Positions 58,243 through 64,000 of a DNA stretch of 64,000 nt are shown piece after piece; position 1 is the stretch's first letter, and each line of letters starts with the position of its first letter. A program made the translations under genes and the position numbers. A model generated the notes under the pieces. That model was not told where the DNA came from, made no database searches, and saw nothing but the letters and a program-made list of their open reading frames with translations. The DNA comes from an uncultured Acidobacteriota bacterium (GTDB lineage Bacteria > Acidobacteriota > Thermoanaerobaculia > UBA5066 > Gp7-AA6), in the NCBI GenBank assembly GCA_963764715.1, contig CAVXTP010000010.1, positions 32,001 to 96,000 on the forward strand, written 5' to 3'.

Positions 58243-59358
58243 ATGACTGAAAGCGGGCCTTCGCGCGCCCCGCGGGGCGCCGCTCTCCTCGAGCCGGAGA
58301 CGCCTTCGCCGTTCCTGCACGACCGGGGCGAGTCCGTCTACAACCCCGTCACGGGGGCCTCCCTGGCGCGGGACGGCGAGGCCTGGCGGGCGCTCCAGCG
58401 GGTCACGGCGGGGGGCGGGGCGGGCCCCGAGGACCCGGCCGTCCTCGAGCACCTGCGGGCGGCGCGGTTCCTGATCGACGACGTCGCGGCGGAGGCCCGG
58501 CGCACGCACCTGCTCTTCCTCTCGCTCGAGACCTGCACGAGCTGCAACCACCGGTGCCCGTTCTGTCCCGTCTCGGTCGACCCGCGGGAGCGGGAAGTCA
58601 TGAGCCGGGAGCTCTTCGAGTCGATCGTCGACCAGGTCGTCGCGGCCGGGGGCCAGGGCGTCGTCGTCTTTCTCTCCAACTACAACGAGCCGACCGTCGA
58701 CCCGCTCTTCGAGGAGCGCTGCGCGTTCTGTTCGTCGCGGGGGCTCCCGGTCTCGATCCTCACGAACGCCTCCCACTTCACGCCCGACCGCGCGGAGCGG
58801 CTCGAGGCCCTGGGCCGCTTCCGCTACGTCGGGATCAACCTGCCGACGCTCGATCCCGGAGCGCTACCTCACGCTCCACGGGACGAAGGACCTCGACCGC
58901 GTGCTCGCGAACGTCGACGCGATGCGCGCCCGCACGCTCGCCGAGGAGACGGCGATCGTCGTCCTCGGGGACGAGGACGAGCCGCACCGCCGCGACGTCG
59001 CGGCGATCCGGGCCCGCTTCGCGCCGAAGGGCTGGGAGGTCCGGCCGTTCAAGATCCGCAGCCGGCCGGCGAGCGGCACGTTCGTCCCCGAACCGCCGGC
59101 CGAAGAAGCGCCTGCGGGGCTGCGAGCTGATGGGCTCGCGGCCCTTCGAGCACCTGCACGTGACCGCGACGGCGCAAGGCCGTGCTCTGCTGCCAGGACT
59201 ACTACGAGCGCCTGACCGTCGGGGACCTGAAGACCGAGTCGGTCGCGAGCCTGCTCGGCGGCGACACGATGGCGAAGCTGCGCCTCTGGACCTACGGCGT
59301 CGAGGAGGCGCCGGAGGACTTCCTGTGCCGGCGCTGCGAGTTCGCGATCGGGGAGTGA
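58243..59358 (+). CDS. Radical SAM protein with SPASM/Twitch domain (apparent frameshifts near 58860, 59100 and 59175)
   Basis: CNHRCPFC; YNEP; C-terminal GCELM..LCCQDY..LCRRCE. Confidence 0.82.
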
Positions 59359-60620
59359 TGGCGGAGCCGATTCGCCGTCCGCGCCGACTCGATCTCGAAG
59401 ACGTACCGCGTCTACGACTCGGCCGCGGAGCGGCTGCGCGAGGTCCTCTTCCGGAGGCGGCGCCACCGCGAGTTCCACGCGCTTTCCGACGTGTCGTTCG
59501 ACCCTGCCGCGGGGCGGGGCGCTCGGCCTGATCGGCGAGAACGGGGCGGGCAAGTCGACGTTCCTGAAGATCGTCGCGGGCACGACCCGCGCGACCTCCG
59601 GCACGATCGAGCGCCACGGCACGGTCGCCTCGATCCTCGAGCTCGGCATGGGCTTCCACCCCGACTTCACCGGCCGCGAGAACGCCCGGATGAACGCCGC
59701 GCTCCTCGGCCTGAACGGCCCCGAGATCCGGCGGCGCCTGCCCGAGATCCGCGACTTCGCCGAGCTCGGCGACTTCTTCGACCGTCCGGTGCGGACCTAT
59801 TCCTCGGGCATGGTCCTGCGCCTCGCCTTCGCCGTCGCGACGCACGCCGACGCCGAGGTCCTGATCGTGGACGAGGCGCTCGCGGTCGGCGACGGCTACT
59901 TCCAGAAGAAGTCGGTCGACCGGATCACCGAGTTTCACCGCCGCGGCGGAACGCTCCTCTTCTGCTCGCACGCGCTGTACTACGTCGCGCTGCTCTGCGA
60001 CCAGGCGATCTGGCTGAAGAACGGCGAGGTCGCCGCGCAGGGCAGCGCGCTGCCGGTCGTGCGCGCGCTACGAGGCCTTCCTGCAGGAGAAGGAGCGGTC
60101 CCTGACCCACGCAGCCCGCGGCGGCCGAGGTCGGCGGCGGCGGCGACCGAGGGACGGCGGCCCGCCCGCCTCACCGAGGTCGTCGTCCACGACGGCTCGG
60201 GCTACGCGCGCACGGAGTTCGCGGCGGGGGAGACGGTGGCCGTCGACGTCGCCTTCGAGACGGCGGACCCGGGCCTCGCCTTCCAGGTGCGGATCGGCGT
60301 CGACCGGGAAGACGGCGTCCAGATCTTCGCGGTCGACACCCGGCACGAGCCCTGGGCGCCGCTGACGGGGCGCTCGACGATACCGCCTGCGCCTCGCGCT
60401 GCCGGAGCTGCCGCTCGCGCAGGGCGAGTTCCGCGTCTACGCCTACCTCGGCGACGAGGGCGCCCTCCACGTTCACGACGTGCGGATCCTGAAGCCCGGC
60501 TTTTCGGTCGCGGCCTCGGAGTACGTCGTCGGCCTCCTGCGGCCGCGGCACGTCTGGATGTTCCCGGAGCGCGGCGCCGCGGAGTCGAGCCCGGCGGACC
60601 GGATCGCCGCCTCGTCTTGA
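59358..60620 (+). CDS. wzt: Wzt-type ABC ATPase with C-terminal carbohydrate-binding-like domain (several apparent frameshifts)
   Basis: GENGAGKST; GMGFHPDFTGREN; PVRTYSSGM; DEALAVGD. Confidence 0.87.
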
Positions 60621-61712
60621 CGCGCTCGCTCGCGTTTCGATCGGGCCCCCGGGCGCCCGGATTACGGGCGATCGGCTCGGGCGGCTGCGCTGGCGCCGCG
60701 CGGCGGGCGCCGCGGCCTCGATCGAGTGGGGACGCGAGACCGGCGCCTCGAGCCTCTCCGCTGCGCCGGCCTGGGTCCTCGTGCGGCGACGGGACGGCGA
60801 TCCCGGCGGGCGAGGTGCCGGAGCCGCCCCCGGGAGGGCTCGCGGTCGGCCGGCCGGCGAGCGTGGCCGCCGGGGGCCGCCGCGCACACGCTCCGGGAGC
60901 TCGAAGGGACGACGCTCTCGGTGCGCGGATGGCCCGGGGCTCGCCGTCGCGTTCCGCACCGCCGATTTCCCGTCCGCCACCGCGGATGAAACCATCGAAA
61001 TATTATTTAAAAGGTTACTTGGCTCCGACGCCGCCCGGCGGGGCCTCCACTTCCCCCTGATGACCTTTCCGGATCCCTCGGAACGGCGAGCGGCCGGAGA
61101 TCAGCCGCCGCCTTCCCCCCGGCCCGCTCCGGATCCTGGACGCGGGCTGCGGCGCCGGGGGGCTCGGCGCTCGCCCGCGGCCGAAATCCCGCCTGGGAGG
61201 TCGTCGGGATCGAAAGAGACCCCGTCCTGGCGGCCCGGGCCCGCGAGACGCTGCGCCCGGGTCCTCGAAGGCGACCTCGTCGAGGTCCTGCCGCAGGTCG
61301 CAGCCGGCGGGGAGCGGTTCGACGCGGTCGTCTTCGCCGACGTCCTCGAGCACCTCGACGAGCCGGTCGAGGCGCTCGCGCGAGCACGGCGGGTCGTGAA
61401 GCCGGGAGCGGCTCCTCGTCGTCAGCGTCCCCAACGTCGGCCACCTTTCGATCGTGCGCGATCTCCTCCTCGGCCGGTTCGACCCGGTGCCGTCGGGCCT
61501 CTGCGACGCGGGGCACCTGCGCTGGTTCACGCGCGAGTCGCTCCGGGAGGCGATCGGCGAAGCGGGCTGGCGGGCTCGAGACGCTCGAGGGCGAAGCCGG
61601 TGCGCTCCCGCCCGCGCCCGAGGCCTTCTCGCGGCTCGCCGAAGCCTGGCCCGACGCCGACCGGGAGAGCCTCGCGACGTACCAGTGGATCGCGACCGCG
61701 CGCGCCGGATGA
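60617..61712 (+). CDS. Class I SAM methyltransferase with N-terminal extension (heavily frameshifted)
   Basis: ILDAGCGAG; FDAVVFADVLEHL; VVSVPNVGH; GHLRWFTR; start uncertain. Confidence 0.68.
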
Positions 61713-62719
61713 AAGTCGCGTACCTCCTCGAGTCGACCGAGCTCTCCGGAGGAGTCAAGGTCGTGCTGCATGCAGGCCGAGGCGCTGGCGCGCCGCGGCC
61801 ACCGCGTCACGGTCGTTTCGCCGCAGGCGGCGCCGGCGTGGTTCCGCGCTCTCCCGGGCGCACTTCGAGCGCTCGTCTTTCTCGGACTCTCCGGCGCTCG
61901 CGGCGGCGGACGTGCGCGTCGCGACGTTCTGGAAGACGGCCGCCCCGGCCGTCGACGGCGCGCGCGGCCCGGTCTTCCATCTCTGCCAGGGCTACGAGGG
62001 CCAGTTCTCCTTCTACCGCGACGCGTGGCCCGAGATCGAGGCCGCGTACCGGCTCCCGACGCGCAAGCTCGCGGTCTCGGGCACGCTCGCGGCGCGGCTC
62101 GACGCGCTCGGTTTCGGCCCGGCCGTCGACGTCGGCCAGGCCTTCGACGCGAACGGCTTCGCGCCCGGGCCCGAGCGGCCACCGTCCGATCCGCCCGCCG
62201 TGCTCGTCGTCGGGCCGACCGAGGTGGACCTGAAGGGCGTCGGCGTCGCCCTCGACGGTCTCGCGCTCTGGCGCTCGCGCGGCGGCCGCTTTCGGCTGCG
62301 CCGCGTGTCGTATTTCCCGTGCGAGGAGGACGAGCGGCGGCGCGGGCTCACCGACGAGTACCACCACGGCCTGCCGCCCGACCGCATGCCGTTCGCGTAC
62401 CGCGCCACCGACCTCTTCATCGGGCCGTCGCGCGCCGAGGAGGGCTTCGGCCTGCCCGCGCTCGAGGCCCTCGCGTGCGGCGTGCCGGCTTTGCTGTCGG
62501 ACACGCCGGGCCACCGCGAGATGGCGGGAGAGGCCGCCGCGTACTTCCGCGACGGCGAGCGCGGAGAGCCTCGCCGAGGCTCTGCCGGCGCTGCTCACGG
62601 AGGACGCCCGCCGGCGCGCGCGACTCGCGGGACCGGCGGCCGCCCGGCGCTTCGACGCGGCCCGCGTGGCCGAGCGGCTGGAGGCGGCGTTCCTCGGGGC
62701 GCTGGGGAAGTCGTCGTGA
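61709..62719 (+). CDS. GT4 family glycosyltransferase (frameshifted)
   Basis: ELSGGVKVV; HLCQGYE; EEGFGLPALEALACGVP. Confidence 0.82.
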
Positions 62720-63743
62720 GCCCGCGCCTTTCGGCGATCGTCGTCAACCACCGCAGCGCCGCCGAGGCGGCCGCGTGCGTCGCCTCGCTCCGCGAGGCCT
62801 TCCGGCGCGAGTCGATCGCGGGCGAGATCGTCCTCGTCGACTGCGCCTCGGGGCCCGACGAGGTCCGCGCGCTCGGGGCGCTGCCGGCGGACGCGCGCGT
62901 CTTCCTCGAGGACAATCGCGGCTATTCCGGGGGCGTCAACGCGGGCCTCGCGCGGGCCGGCTCCGACCGGCTCCTCCTCTGCAACGCCGACGTCGTCTTC
63001 GGCGACGGCGCGCTGACGGCGCTCCTCGCCGCGATCGAGGACGCCGCGGCGTCGGCGCGGCGGCGCCGCTCTGCCTCTGGGACGCCGGCGGCCGGCTGCG
63101 TCTCCCGGCCGAGTCGGGCCCGACGTTCTTCGGCGAGCTCGGCGTGGCGGCCCTTTCCCGCCTTCGCCCGCCGGACGCTCCGCCTCTGGAAGGAGGGCGG
63201 CGACGCGCGGCATCTCGTCGGGCGCCGTGCTCGCCGCCCGCCGCGACGTCTTCGACCGTGTCGGCCGCTTCGACGAGCGGTTCCCGTTCGAGTACGAGGA
63301 GTCCGAGTGGGAGGACCGCGTCCGCGCCGCCGGCCTCGGCCTGCGCTTCGTTCCGCGCGCGCGGGTGCGCCATCTCTTCGCCCGGAGCGCCGCGCGCAAT
63401 CCCGAGACCGAGCGCCGCCGCGCGGTCTCGCGCCGGCTCTATCGCGAGCGCCGCTGGGGCGCGCGCGGGGCGCTGGCTCATCGAGCGGCGCGCCGCCCGG
63501 CCGCGGCCGGCCCGACGGGTTCCCGACGGATCGCCGAGCCGGCGCTCGCCGCGCGGGCCGGCGCCTGGGTCGCCGTCTCGACGAACCCGTCGTTCGTTCC
63601 CTTCGCCGGCGCGCCGCTCGACCGGGACTTCCGGCTGCCGCGCGGAGGTCCTCGAGTCGCTTGCGCCGGGGCGCGTGTACCTGCGCGCCTTCCGGGAGGC
63701 GGACGGCCGGCCGCTCGAGACCTTCGTCTGGGAGAAGCCGTGA
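62716..63743 (+). CDS. GT2 family glycosyltransferase (frameshifted)
   Basis: SAIVVNH; VLVD; NRGYSGGVNAG; CNADV; FDERFPFEYEE. Confidence 0.8.
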
Positions 63744-64000
63744 GCGCCTTCGAGGTCCGCGACGCGACCGCGGCGGACGCGCCCGGCATCCGGCGCCTCT
63801 TCGAGAGGGTGTTCGGCTCGGCGCTCTCGGAAGAGGAGTGGCGCTGGAAGTTCGAGCGGAACCCCGACGGGTGGTACGGCGTCGTCGGCGTGGTCGGCGG
63901 GCGAGATCGTCGGCCACTATGCCGGCTGGGGCACGCGCTTCCTGCTCGACGGGGAGGAGCGCCTGCTCTATTCCGTCGGCGACGTCGCGACGGATCCGGC
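63740..64000 (+). CDS. GNAT family N-acetyltransferase (3' truncated by window)
   Basis: FERVFG..EEWRWKF..NP; EIVGHYA; VGDVATDP. Confidence 0.7.
   Translation, partial: MSAFEVRDATAADAPGIRRLFERVFGSALSEEEWRWKFERNPDGWYGVVGVVGGRDRRPLCRLGHALPARRGGAPALFRRRRRDGSG

Noticed and set aside
60985-61020. AT-rich island as promoter or insertion scar
   Set aside because: Can be read as coding (ETIEILFKRLL) within the frameshifted methyltransferase; cannot be resolved.

Overview
High-GC bacterial chromosomal window. Gene content and protein style suggest Acidobacteriota, probably Thermoanaerobaculia-like (inference). About 58 CDS. Housekeeping genes include mqnC, cls, sixA, lemA-TPM-TPM, rplU-rpmA-obgE-nadD-rsfS, dksA, holA, rsmI, panE, murA-prmC-prfA-rpmE, comF, proline dehydrogenase, dnaJ and bcp. 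Signalling genes include two Ser/Thr kinases, an FHA-GAF-PP2C phosphatase, a sigma54 activator with no sensor domain, and a PDZ/multi-TM histidine kinase with an NtrC-type regulator preceded by a full sigma54/IHF/enhancer promoter. The best candidate for an undescribed system is the locus from about 46.3 kb to the window end. There wzm and wzt are split by genes for an FG-GAP protein, a lysine-free Cys/Asn-rich secreted protein with strong expression signals (candidate S-layer subunit), a 1612-aa PKD protein and a radical SAM enzyme. Methyltransferase, glycosyltransferase and GNAT genes follow, and a divergent XRE-TPR-secreted protein operon faces the locus. Intergenic DNA carries several families of palindromic or structured repeats, some of which supply gene stop codons. 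Many genes appear leaderless. Single-base frameshifts (23-24.4 kb, 53 kb, dense after 58.8 kb) look like sequencing or assembly indels. No tRNA, rRNA, CRISPR array or transposase was seen.
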